Shown here: piece by piece, positions 23,359 to 32,193 of the stretch
How the letters are laid out: each line of letters begins with the position of its first letter
Position numbering within the stretch: the stretch's first letter is position 1
IMG/VR virus record: IMGVR_UViG_3300025848_000125
Span: 1-32,193 of that record
DNA: 32,193 nucleotides
DNA from: a virus
Lineage: Duplodnaviria; Caudoviricetes
Direction: 5' to 3' (one strand)
Notes under the pieces: generated by a model
Told to the model about the DNA's origin: nothing
What the model saw: only the letters and a program-made list of their open reading frames with translations
The model's database searches: none
Position numbers and translations under genes: made by a program

Positions 23359-25680
23359 TTACCTTATTGGAACAAATCGTCCAGTAGCAGGATCGTATCT
23401 TCTTGTTGGAGCTGGAACACCACCCGCACCACCAGCACCACCAGCACCGCCAGTACCACCAGTACCGCCAGTACCGCCAGCAGCACCTCCCTGACGCTGT
23501 GCAGCCCTGTTTGCAATCCAAGACAATGCTGCATTATATCCATCAGCCCCCGCTCTGCGAGCAGTGATGAATTCCTTCACAGCATCTCTTTCATCATTGG
23601 CCATTTGAACAAGTCTTGGATCATTAGCTTCCAGAACCTGATTACCCAATCTCACGGAATTTGTCTGTGAATCAAAAGTAAAACCATACATCTGGGCTAC
23701 ACTAGCCTTGATTGTGTTGATCTCACCACTAGTTGGCTGCTTGACTTCTGCTGCCTTTGCAAGCTTTGCAGCATAGTCAGTAACCGCATTGAGATACTGG
23801 GCAGCAACTTGAGCACCTTCCCTGTTCTCCTTGCGGGCATCACGACTAATTGACATGATATCCTTTTGAAGTTCGAGATCAAGATCAAGTGTATCTTCCT
23901 GTACCTTTAGCTTGAGTTCCTCAGCCTTTAGCTGTCTATCTAGCTGGTCGCGGCTAATGCCTGCTTCCTTTGCCAGCAGTTCACGTTCCCTGTCAGAGAG
24001 AGCTTGCAGTTCCTTTCTCTGCTGCTTGACAAGGCCAGCTTCTGCTGCCGTGATCTTTCCAAATTCGCTAACTGATGGCTGTAGTGAACGAACTAGATCA
24101 GACAGAACACCACCACTACCACCTTGAGGCTCAGCAAATCTGAACCCAACATTGGCAAGCTCGAAGAACTTTGCCCTATTGAGAGCCTCTCTTTCAGCCT
24201 CTGTCTCTGCCTTGATCTGCTCCCGACGCTGTGGAGCCTGTGCCCTCTCTTCTTGGTAGTACTTGAGAAGTTCCTGCTCTGCTGGGGATACCTGACCAAT
24301 TCTCTCTGCCAAAGTTTGACGCTGCTCAGCAATAGCTTTCCTACCTGTCGCTCTCTCCTCAGCCAGTCTACGATATGCTTCAATCTCAGCAGCCTGTTGT
24401 GCTGGAGACAGCACTCCAGTACGAAGCATCCCGAGACCCATTCCCGCAATATCAGATGCTTCCTTTTCAGCATCAAGCTGAGCATTTCCTCCAGCAGCTA
24501 GTCTCATTACCTTGCCACCCTTCTTGCGACGAATGACAATGGAAGACAGACCCTTTGCATTTGGCTTCAGCCTTCCGCCTTCCTTGAAGAAACCAAAAGC
24601 CTTGCCGAGTGAACCAGCACCAATGCCAGCACCTGTAAACTGCTGTAGATAGGAAGGAGCAGGAGCAAACGTCTGGGAAGACCGCATGATGTTAGGGTCC
24701 ATCTGGTAACCACGAATGATGGACGAGTATCTCTGTAGTAGCTGCTCTGGATATGTACGCTCAGCCTCAAACTGCTGGCGAGCAAGGTCAAGTGCAGTCT
24801 GGGTCTGCGCCTGTCTTACGCCACCAACCTGCTGTAGGGCACCAAGCTCCTGTAGACCAACGGATGGAGCAACTTGGCCCAGCCCAGCAAACTGGGAACC
24901 AGCGGAAAGTTCCCGTGCCCGCTGCTGTGCAAGACGCTGCTGTGCATCCTCATAGGCAGAAGCAAGACCCTTTGCTTGGATATCACCCAACTGTTGCTGT
25001 AGATTACGCTGCTGTTCTGCTTCCAGAATAGCCTGTCTGCTGCCACCAAAACCACCAGCACCAACTGCACCAGCCGCTAGTTGCTGCTGCTGTACATCTG
25101 CTGCCCTGCGAGCTTCACGCTGCTGTACATCCACTACATTCTGCATGTAGGGTGACATGAATTGGCCTACTGACTCTGCCGTAGGAGCCATTGCAGAAGA
25201 AGCCGTCAGGGCTGCTGCTGGAGCAAAGTACTGCTGGCCAGTACCTACTAGCCCAGCAATGCCTTGAAAAGCCCTTTCCTGTTCTGGAGTGAATTCCGCA
25301 ATCTGCTGTCCAGTATAAGGAACAAAGCCCTCTGCTTCCCTTTTCTCTTGGATCGCTTGAGCACGCCCAAGAATGTCGGTGATGTAAGGAGCAATCTCCG
25401 GTGGGATCGTAGCCTGCTGGGTTACGGTCTGGTTTGTGGGGGGCGTAGCCTTGCCGCCGCCACCGAAATACTGACGAAGACCAGTCTGTGGATTGATCGA
25501 ACCAGCACCACCCACGGACCGAAGAAGCTTGTCTTCATAGTCATTGATATGAGCTAGCTTGGTATCGCCATTGACACCACGACCTGTGATCTCTACAAGA
25601 AGGATATCAAATAGCTCGATCTTGTCGTTCATCGACAAGGGAGCAAGGATATCTAGGAACTTATCTGGTTTCTTTGTCAT
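23359..25680 (-). CDS. internal virion / ejection protein (Gln/Ala-rich coiled coil)
   Basis: PYTGQQIAEFTPEQ, FMSPYMQNVVD, AGGFGGSRQAI motifs typical of podoviral DNA-transfer proteins. Confidence 0.75.
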   Translation of the reverse strand: MTKKPDKFLDILAPLSMNDKIELFDILLVEITGRGVNGDTKLAHINDYEDKLLRSVGGAGSINPQTGLRQYFGGGGKATPPTNQTVTQQATIPPEIAPYITDILGRAQAIQEKREAEGFVPYTGQQIAEFTPEQERAFQGIAGLVGTGQQYFAPAAALTASSAMAPTAESVGQFMSPYMQNVVDVQQREARRAADVQQQQLAAGAVGAGGFGGSRQAILEAEQQRNLQQQLGDIQAKGLASAYEDAQQRLAQQRARELSAGSQFAGLGQVAPSVGLQELGALQQVGGVRQAQTQTALDLARQQFEAERTYPEQLLQRYSSIIRGYQMDPNIMRSSQTFAPAPSYLQQFTGAGIGAGSLGKAFGFFKEGGRLKPNAKGLSSIVIRRKKGGKVMRLAAGGNAQLDAEKEASDIAGMGLGMLRTGVLSPAQQAAEIEAYRRLAEERATGRKAIAEQRQTLAERIGQVSPAEQELLKYYQEERAQAPQRREQIKAETEAEREALNRAKFFELANVGFRFAEPQGGSGGVLSDLVRSLQPSVSEFGKITAAEAGLVKQQRKELQALSDRERELLAKEAGISRDQLDRQLKAEELKLKVQEDTLDLDLELQKDIMSISRDARKENREGAQVAAQYLNAVTDYAAKLAKAAEVKQPTSGEINTIKASVAQMYGFTFDSQTNSVRLGNQVLEANDPRLVQMANDERDAVKEFITARRAGADGYNAALSWIANRAAQRQGGAAGGTGGTGGTGGAGGAGGAGGVPAPTRRYDPATGRFVPIR
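23419..23490 (-). repeat. imperfect 9-bp tandem repeat encoding a (GGT/GGA)n linker
   Basis: Units gcaccacca / gtaccgcca; protein GGAAGGTGGTGGTGGAGGAGGAGG. Confidence 0.85.
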
Positions 25681-26111
25681 TTATCCACATCCTTTGTTAG
25701 CACAGTGTAGTATTTCTTGAATCCGTAGTCTCTCAGAACCTTTGTCCAGCCATCCCTGCCAGTAGACTCTACCCTCTTTGCTCCAATATTCTTACACCAA
25801 AGAAAGAAGGGAGAATCTGGCTCAAAACATGTATCAATCCATTCATCAAGTCGATTTTCACGAGCGCCAATAAGAACAATTCTTACACGTTTTTCTCTTG
25901 GATATGTTACGATTTCTGATACGCCAGCAGCTACAATTTTTTCAGAAGTAGAAGCAGCAATCCAAAGCTGCATGTCATTCTTGAGAAGCCTGTCCTTGAT
26001 GTCCTCCAATGTGAATTCACCGAGATTCAGTTCTACAGGTTTCTCCAACAGATCTTCTACATACTTCCAAATAGCTTCGATCAGATTGCTCTCGATTCTA
26101 ATCAGCCGCAT
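25677..26111 (-). CDS. GNAT-fold-like virion assembly protein (gp13/gp14-like position)
   Basis: MQLWIA, EIVTYP, GAKRVESTGRDGWTKVLRDYGF; location between ejection genes. Confidence 0.65.
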   Translation of the reverse strand: MRLIRIESNLIEAIWKYVEDLLEKPVELNLGEFTLEDIKDRLLKNDMQLWIAASTSEKIVAAGVSEIVTYPREKRVRIVLIGARENRLDEWIDTCFEPDSPFFLWCKNIGAKRVESTGRDGWTKVLRDYGFKKYYTVLTKDVDK

Positions 26112-26115
26112 TGTC

Positions 26116-28035
26116 TCATGCTGTCTTTCTCAGAAGCTCCTGCATCTGTGAGCTACCATCACCCCTAGCAGCCATTGCGGCTTCATCTGCTGGAGTGAAG
26201 GCTCGTGCTGCACCACCATAGTATTCATTATTGATGCTTTCCATAGCTCTAGCAAGACCACCTACAGGAAAACCACCAACAAAACCAGCAAGAGTAGAAC
26301 CCCTCATTGTCGATGGTTCCATAGCCATCATTGCAGTATCACGCACAGACTGAAGACCCCTACCAATCGAAGACTCAGCCAGAGGTTCACCAGCATAGGT
26401 AGGACCCTGTGGGGGACCCTTACCAACAGCTACATCTGGATTAAAATCAGAGGACATTGACTCAGCTACGGATGTTTCATTGGCTGCTTGAGCTGCTGCT
26501 GCATCTGCCTCTGAACCAATACCACCACCAACTTCATACTTCATGATCTTTAGGCCAGAAAGACCACCACCCTTAAGTTCCCTTTGCTGCTTCTCGGTTC
26601 CAAAGGACTCCTTCCGAACCTGCTTCACGAATGCATCAAGCTTGTCTGCACCAGCATTAGAAGAACCATTACCAATCATGGCAACGACATCTGCTGGTAG
26701 TACATACTCGTCTCTGCTGAGAAGTGCAAGATCTGGGTTCTCTCCCTCTACTTCGAATTCTACCTCATCGGACATGCCATCACCATTGCCATTGACACGA
26801 CCTTCGAAGTATTTCTTTTCGCCACCCTTTTCCATACGACCACCCTCAGCCATTGCCGAGATACCGGATAGGGCTTCCTCAAGCTTCTTGATGGAATCTT
26901 CCTGCTCCTGTAGTGTTGCTGGAGTTGTTGGCATCTGGCGTAGCTGGCGAAGACGTAGACGATCTTCCTTTGACATTTCTGATGGAGTTACACCATAACG
27001 ACGAAGTGACTCATCTAGAGCATCCTTCAGTTGACGAAGAGAAGTCTTCTGTGCTTCTGTGATGTCTCCATCTTCCTCATCGTCCTCTACCATACCACCC
27101 TCAGCCATCGTGCGAGTGGTCGTGTATGGAGACACGAATCTACGAGCAGGTGCCCTGCCCAGTGCAATGTCAAGAGCAGACTGCTGGGTTACTGGTGGCG
27201 ACAGTGGCTCACCACCGCTGATTGAAAAGCGACGCTGCTGGGGTGCGCCCATGTCCTCCATAGGAGGCATGTCCTCTTCCTTCTGGTACGTCAGTGCTGC
27301 ACCAGCTAAAGGAGCATAGGTCATTGGACTACGAAGAGCAGCACCAATGGATTCACCCGTGCCAAAGACTGGACCAGCGCCCATCCTGCCACCAGTAAGC
27401 TGTGCTAGTTTTTCCGGAGTAATTACATCACCAGCCTTAAACTCCAAAGCCGTAGGAGATCCTCCAAACATCTGCCCAAACTGAGAGGCTGCTGGACGAG
27501 TCATGTCTGCTTGAGCGATGTAGTCTCCTACATTTCTAGCTGGACCAGTTCCAGCAACGCTTTCAATAGCCGCTGCTTCTGACATTTGTGGAGTGACTTC
27601 CTTTAGAAGCTTGCCACCTTGAGTTGGATCAGCCCCTGCTGTCAGATTACCGAGAATACCACCAAGACCAAAACCGATTGCTGCATTGAAGAGGGACTGC
27701 TCTGCACCCTTTCCGGTTGCTAGAGAGCCAATACCAGTACCGACACCACCAGCTAGAGCAGTAGACCAGATTGGACTCATGCCGAACAGAGCCGTGCCTA
27801 CACCGGGCGCTAGAACTGATGCAGCAATGCCAGCCGCTGCTGGAATGGCATCACGAAGCGTGAAGGCTTCCGGTAGACCAGTAGCAGGATTGCGAGTCAT
27901 CTGTCCAAGATTCTCCAAAGCCCTTACTTCTGGCTTTGACATGTGGACAAGCTCGGTATCGCCCATGCGACCCTTCATGGCCATGATGCTTGAGAGACCG
28001 CTGTAGGGGGCTTTCCTGTCTACCATAATCGGCAT
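26116..28035 (-). CDS. internal virion / ejection protein with Gly-Ala hydrophobic hairpin and repeated AEGG motifs
   Basis: Gly/Ala-rich TM-like region, GDGMSD...LSRDEYVLPADVV module. Confidence 0.7.
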   Translation of the reverse strand: MPIMVDRKAPYSGLSSIMAMKGRMGDTELVHMSKPEVRALENLGQMTRNPATGLPEAFTLRDAIPAAAGIAASVLAPGVGTALFGMSPIWSTALAGGVGTGIGSLATGKGAEQSLFNAAIGFGLGGILGNLTAGADPTQGGKLLKEVTPQMSEAAAIESVAGTGPARNVGDYIAQADMTRPAASQFGQMFGGSPTALEFKAGDVITPEKLAQLTGGRMGAGPVFGTGESIGAALRSPMTYAPLAGAALTYQKEEDMPPMEDMGAPQQRRFSISGGEPLSPPVTQQSALDIALGRAPARRFVSPYTTTRTMAEGGMVEDDEEDGDITEAQKTSLRQLKDALDESLRRYGVTPSEMSKEDRLRLRQLRQMPTTPATLQEQEDSIKKLEEALSGISAMAEGGRMEKGGEKKYFEGRVNGNGDGMSDEVEFEVEGENPDLALLSRDEYVLPADVVAMIGNGSSNAGADKLDAFVKQVRKESFGTEKQQRELKGGGLSGLKIMKYEVGGGIGSEADAAAAQAANETSVAESMSSDFNPDVAVGKGPPQGPTYAGEPLAESSIGRGLQSVRDTAMMAMEPSTMRGSTLAGFVGGFPVGGLARAMESINNEYYGGAARAFTPADEAAMAARGDGSSQMQELLRKTA

Positions 28036-28044
28036 GTTTGCTAC

Positions 28045-28275
28045 TTAGCTCCTTGCATTGAAGACATTGGATTGAGGCTTGGTCATGTCCGCATACAGCG
28101 TATTGGGCTTATTATACAATGGTCCTGTATTATATGCCATTCCGGATACGGCTTTGGCTCCGAAGTAGTTGTCCTGTACTACCAACCCTCTGTTGACATT
28201 CTGAATGAGGGTGCTATTCTGGATCATGTCAAAGACCCTCATCGTATCCCTGTTGGAAGAATTGTCTGAGTTCAT
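28045..28275 (-). CDS. hypothetical protein
   Basis: 76-aa ORF fitting the gap between neighbours. Confidence 0.65.
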   Translation of the reverse strand: MNSDNSSNRDTMRVFDMIQNSTLIQNVNRGLVVQDNYFGAKAVSGMAYNTGPLYNKPNTLYADMTKPQSNVFNARS

Positions 28276-28283
28276 CTTTTGAC

Positions 28284-29033
28284 CTAGACCTGCTGGATTG
28301 TCAGAATTAATGAAGGACTATCTGGAACTGTAGAAGTTGCCGCCAAATTAGAAATATATATTCCTAGATCGTCAGAAGTAAACAACCACTGAATGTAGTC
28401 ATTAGCTGAAAGAGATACTATGATATTATATGTAACAATTGCCTTACCATCAATTCCACCATGTCTCTCTGTAATAGCAGAATAACCAGCAGAATATGGA
28501 ATAGGATTTCCGTTCCTACTAAAAAATATCTTTGCGTCAATTATTTGTGTACTGTTGTTGAGAAATTGTGCGCTGAATTGTATATTGTAGACTGCGGAAT
28601 TAAGAACTGTAACCTTTGATCCATCTACAAGAGAAACACCAAAGCTTCCATTTGTATATGCAAGGCTTACTGTTACTGGTTCATTAACTACTGTTACGGA
28701 AAGAGTATCATTTGTATAAAAAGAACCATAGTAGCTTCTTGCAGCCGCAATACCGGAATTGAATGGTTGCCAACCAATGCTGTCTACATAGCCCCAGAAC
28801 TTGCCACTGCTTGTGGAGTAGGCAATATCACCTTCATTTGGCTTTGGGATCTGTGTGACGCTTGTGGCTGGATAGAAGCGTGTAGCTGGCCTTAGCTGCT
28901 CTGCGAGGTCACGTTGCTCCAGAAGAAACTTGAGTTCATTGGTATAGCCCTCAAGATCACTGTAGACACGCTGTACATCAACCTGACGTACATCGATGTA
29001 TCTCGGAAGCTGTGGGTAAAGAAAGACGGACAT
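28284..29033 (-). CDS. putative tail needle/tip protein with beta-sandwich (C1q/BclA-like) C-terminus
   Basis: Follows the gp10-like gene; helical N-terminus then YYGSFY...VYNIQFSAQF...LSANDYIQW...PSLILTIQQV. Confidence 0.55.
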   Translation of the reverse strand: MSVFLYPQLPRYIDVRQVDVQRVYSDLEGYTNELKFLLEQRDLAEQLRPATRFYPATSVTQIPKPNEGDIAYSTSSGKFWGYVDSIGWQPFNSGIAAARSYYGSFYTNDTLSVTVVNEPVTVSLAYTNGSFGVSLVDGSKVTVLNSAVYNIQFSAQFLNNSTQIIDAKIFFSRNGNPIPYSAGYSAITERHGGIDGKAIVTYNIIVSLSANDYIQWLFTSDDLGIYISNLAATSTVPDSPSLILTIQQV

Positions 29034-29039
29034 AGCTGA

Positions 29040-30908
29040 TTACCGATCACCATCAGACTGGATTGCCAGCCTCACGCTACCCCATCGCCATGCGATGTCC
29101 TTGTCACTTGAACTTACACGAATTGCTGCCTGACGGCCACGAGATCTTAGATCGATCTTCTGGGTATTGGAGCCAATTGTGTATGGACCCTTCTCGACAT
29201 ATGGACCATTTGGATACAACTTTGTCTTGATGGAGAACTGGATTGCACCATTCTCGATATCATAATCCGGTATGATCTTGTCCATGAACATGATGCGATT
29301 GCCATCTTCGATATCAAAGTCAGAAGATTCCAAATAGGAAGTCAGTGCTTGGTTATCACCACTGAACACGGATACCGGCTCGTTGTTCCAGTAATAGACT
29401 GGATTGCCATTTGATGTCTTGCCAGTTGCTACAGTATTGTCAAATACATCCATATCTTGGAACGTAGTATAGAAGCTTGTTCCATATACCCAATGATCTT
29501 CAATGGGATTGTAGATTACATACTTGTCTGGTTCCAAGGCATTTGTTGATGGATACAGCCAGATGATCTCGTTGAACTCCGAGTTGGAACCAGCATAGAC
29601 CTTGTCCTTCTGGCTCATGTTGAAGCTGTCGTACAGATAACGACGTACAGTACAGTTTAGCTTTTCCACTCGACCACTGAACCGATAGAAATTGTTGTCT
29701 CCCATCCAGTAGGAAACACCATCAACGGCTACGGCAGCATGAGGACCAATGAGTCCGCAATTAGTGCCCAACTGCTGGATGTTGAAGATGAATGGAGGAC
29801 CAACATACTGAAGACCGTATAGTGCCTTGTCGGTCCAAACATGAATTACGTTGCGAGAGCGAATACCTCCAACAAGCATCGTTCCGTCGATAAGGTTTAC
29901 CTCACCAGATGTAGACGATACTGATGGAACCCAATTGGTGAAATCTTCCTGATCGCTCCACCTTACAAGAAGAGGATTGAATACGCTTGTTCCATACTCA
30001 TAGGTACCCAATGCAATTGCATGACGATCATTTGGAGATACGACAATCGAATTGATCTTTGCTGGAGCAGTGGATACTAGAGTGGCTCTTGCTGGAGCAG
30101 TGCTGGCATCTGCATCCCAATGATACAGAGGACCACCACGACGAACAGCAAGCATGTCTTCGCCCCAGTTGTCAAGGGACCACTGACTGGCCATGAACAC
30201 GATGTTAGAGGAACTTGCTGGCCTGTTCCAAGCACGACCACCAGTAGTGGAAGCTCCTGCATTGTAGACGCCAGCACCATAGCCCAAGCCTTGAATGTTG
30301 GTAGTCTGTTGGGTAGCAATGTAGAAGTTGGCAACACCGTTGCCCATGTTTGTTTCAGTGCTTGCAGCTACGCTAGCAACACTGATGTAGAAATGGTTGA
30401 CGCCGCTGACACTTGCTACCGCAAATACTGGACCACCAAAGGCTGAGGCTGCAAAGTTGGTTGCTCCACCAAATCCCTTTACCGATGTACTGGTAAAATA
30501 GATCCAGTCGCCTACGGATGTATTATGGTTGGTAAGGCTTACTTCGATCAGTGGGGAACCAACGCTTGTGTTGAAGTTGCCATTGGTGCCAGCAGCAATA
30601 CTGACTACAGATGCAATAGGGGTAATATCATACTGAGTGTCACCCAGTACGATGTAAAGACGCTGCTCAGTGCCAGTAGACAGAAGCTTCTGGGTATTGT
30701 TGTTTGCCCAAGTAATGAGATCACGCGGAGTTCCAACGATCTGTGCGTTGATAAGCTTCTGGTAGCCCCTTAGATTTTCTGGCTTTCCTTCACGAAAGCG
30801 TACCCTATCGCCATCATACCACTTGCCTTCTTCGGCATACTTGGTCGATTCGCGATGGAACCCTGCCAGAAACTTAAGGGTGCTTAGCTTAGCTTGGCTG
30901 CTGGGCAT
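29040..30908 (-). CDS. tail hub / DNA stabilization protein (P22 gp10-like beta-propeller)
   Basis: WYDGDRVRF, WSLDNWGE, LVRWSDQE, FNEIIWLYP, RSRGRQ...WRWG...DGDR. Confidence 0.8.
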   Translation of the reverse strand: MPSSQAKLSTLKFLAGFHRESTKYAEEGKWYDGDRVRFREGKPENLRGYQKLINAQIVGTPRDLITWANNNTQKLLSTGTEQRLYIVLGDTQYDITPIASVVSIAAGTNGNFNTSVGSPLIEVSLTNHNTSVGDWIYFTSTSVKGFGGATNFAASAFGGPVFAVASVSGVNHFYISVASVAASTETNMGNGVANFYIATQQTTNIQGLGYGAGVYNAGASTTGGRAWNRPASSSNIVFMASQWSLDNWGEDMLAVRRGGPLYHWDADASTAPARATLVSTAPAKINSIVVSPNDRHAIALGTYEYGTSVFNPLLVRWSDQEDFTNWVPSVSSTSGEVNLIDGTMLVGGIRSRNVIHVWTDKALYGLQYVGPPFIFNIQQLGTNCGLIGPHAAVAVDGVSYWMGDNNFYRFSGRVEKLNCTVRRYLYDSFNMSQKDKVYAGSNSEFNEIIWLYPSTNALEPDKYVIYNPIEDHWVYGTSFYTTFQDMDVFDNTVATGKTSNGNPVYYWNNEPVSVFSGDNQALTSYLESSDFDIEDGNRIMFMDKIIPDYDIENGAIQFSIKTKLYPNGPYVEKGPYTIGSNTQKIDLRSRGRQAAIRVSSSDKDIAWRWGSVRLAIQSDGDR

Positions 30909-31392
30909 CTACCTGTACCACCTGATCAAGTCTTGGCCAGTCTGCCAGATTGGCATGGTCACTTACTAGAGTAACAAAATCCTCGAAGGTAGCTGCTGAG
31001 TTGTATGAATTCTCACGAGCATTGCAAGCAGCAATGATCCCAGCCCTATACTGCTTTACATTATCCGGAATTACTCGACCACGCTCAAGCTGTGCAATGA
31101 CCTGCCAATCAGTATCCTTTAGCATATTGCTGCAAGTCTGCTTGTCCCTCTGAACATAGTCTTCCCTGAGCTTTTGAAGATCCTTTGGAATACTATGAAA
31201 TGTTCCGTCAGAGTTGTCACTGATGTGATAAAACCTTTCATCTGGTCTCTGCTGTGGCTGAATCCAGACAAGACCAATAGCTGCCTTCTCTTCCTCAGAC
31301 CATAGTCCCCAATTAGCTGGATGCTGGGTTCCATTGTCATCAGTCCATGCCGACTGTTCGTTGATTCTTCTACCGTTATAGAGCCATGTCAT
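30889..31392 (-). CDS. tail fibre assembly chaperone-like protein
   Basis: QHPANW, LKDTDWQV...VKQYR...WP motifs. Confidence 0.65.
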   Translation of the reverse strand: MTWLYNGRRINEQSAWTDDNGTQHPANWGLWSEEEKAAIGLVWIQPQQRPDERFYHISDNSDGTFHSIPKDLQKLREDYVQRDKQTCSNMLKDTDWQVIAQLERGRVIPDNVKQYRAGIIAACNARENSYNSAATFEDFVTLVSDHANLADWPRLDQVVQVDAQQPS

Positions 31393-31407
31393 TTTGGATA
31401 TTCCCTT

Positions 31408-31554
31408 TTATTTCTTGTTCCACAAGTCAAATAGAGTCTTTACCTTTTCTTCAATCACAAGGACACGTTGGTCAAGCTTTGCCAGCACGATTACCAATGT
31501 TATGAAGCCTATTGCAAGAGGCCACAACTTTAGAACTGACTCCAAAGCTTCCAT
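31408..31554 (-). CDS. small single-TM + coiled-coil protein (48 aa)
   Basis: MEALESVLKLWPLAIGFITLVIVLAKLDQRVLVIEEKVKTLFDLWNKK*; not in track. Confidence 0.7.
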   Translation of the reverse strand: MEALESVLKLWPLAIGFITLVIVLAKLDQRVLVIEEKVKTLFDLWNKK

Positions 31555-31574
31555 AGATGTTCCCACCTTTGCCC

Positions 31575-31748
31575 TTACTTAGCATTATACTTGTTGATGA
31601 ACTTCTGTACAGTATCACTTTCATAGATTCGAATGCTGGTCCAGATAATAGTAAAGAGTGCTGCAATTGCTGGAAGAATACCAGCAAGAGTACCTACTAC
31701 AGTAGCAATGCTGACGCTATCAACCAAGTGCTTTGTATTTTCATCCAT
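31575..31748 (-). CDS. small membrane protein, holin-like (57 aa)
   Basis: MDENTKHLVDSVSIATVVGTLAGILPAIAALFTIIWTSIRIYESDTVQKFINKYNAK*; TAATG overlap with upstream gene; not in track. Confidence 0.7.
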   Translation of the reverse strand: MDENTKHLVDSVSIATVVGTLAGILPAIAALFTIIWTSIRIYESDTVQKFINKYNAK

Positions 31749-32193
31749 TATCTAGCCCTCGCATACTTGAATGGGTTTTCGGCAAATGCGGCGAAGATGA
31801 TGGTGTCGCCGCTCTGGTTCAGATTGGCGTCAGACGTTCGAATCTTGAATCCAGACGCCAAGAAATCGATGTCCGAAGTAATTGCCAGTCCGTTTTCGGC
31901 GTTAGCCGTGTTGGCGAGAAGCTCATCCGTCACGGCGTTGGCGGTGTTGCGGACGGAGTCAAGCATGATCCAGTAGGATGCAACCGAACTATTTTTTAAC
32001 AGAAGAAACCTTGGTCTGAATCCGCACCAATTAAACGAGCCATCCGTCGATGCGTTGCCGGTGTAGCTGCCGAACTTGGAGAAGCCTTCGATCTCGGACC
32101 AGAGGTAGGCGACAAACGAAAAAGTATTGCCGTTCGTCTCGCTGTTTGTGCCGACAGAAAACACAGAACTTGTTGGCGCGGTGTTGTTCCACA
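31748..32193 (-). CDS. tail fibre-associated structural protein, C-terminal part (start outside window)
   Basis: FSKFGSYTGN...CGFRPRFLLLK...DFLASGFKIR...IFAAFAENPFK pattern typical of phage fibre proteins. Confidence 0.7.
   Translation of the reverse strand, partial: WNNTAPTSSVFSVGTNSETNGNTFSFVAYLWSEIEGFSKFGSYTGNASTDGSFNWCGFRPRFLLLKNSSVASYWIMLDSVRNTANAVTDELLANTANAENGLAITSDIDFLASGFKIRTSDANLNQSGDTIIFAAFAENPFKYARAR

Noticed and set aside
23419-23490. CRISPR array or diversity-generating repeat
   Set aside because: In-frame 9-bp low-complexity coding repeat with no spacers and no reverse transcriptase in the window.
23354-23521. Trp/Cys-rich N-terminal extension of the 1488-aa ORF
   Set aside because: It is the alternate-frame reading of the Gly-linker repeat in the upstream gene; the probable start is 23353.
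1-32193. T7-type phage RNA polymerase promoters
   Set aside because: No repeated ~20-bp conserved element was seen by eye and there is no RNAP gene in the window; the rest of the genome cannot be assessed.

Overview
A 32-kb slice of a lytic, podovirus-like tailed phage genome (T7-superfamily replisome; no single-subunit RNA polymerase, integrase, capsid, portal or large terminase in the window). The + arm (1-17861) carries small early ORFs, an atypical D-armless tRNA-Arg(TCT)-like gene, a SleB-like hydrolase, nucleotide metabolism genes (deaminase, ThyX, MazG-like NTP-PPase, DUF3310, B12-dependent class II RNR), primase-helicase, PolA, SSB, nucleases, Hsp20, a glycosyltransferase plus a three-domain GT/methyltransferase/MptE-Maf-like fusion, and small terminase. 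The convergent - arm (17868-32193) carries lysis genes, three large ejection/internal virion proteins, a GNAT-like protein, a gp10-like tail hub, and tail fibre genes. The two-arm layout with class II RNR recalls SIO1-like/cobavirus phages, and an alphaproteobacterial host is plausible, but both are inference. Strongest leads: (1) the glycan synthesis/methylation cassette of unknown target; (2) the tRNA-like RNA whose D-loop-like sequence lies 3' of the anticodon arm; (3) repeated xxGG motifs and a shared ~38-aa module in the ejection proteins, suggesting a processing or sorting code. All protein calls come from motif recognition by eye, not database searches.
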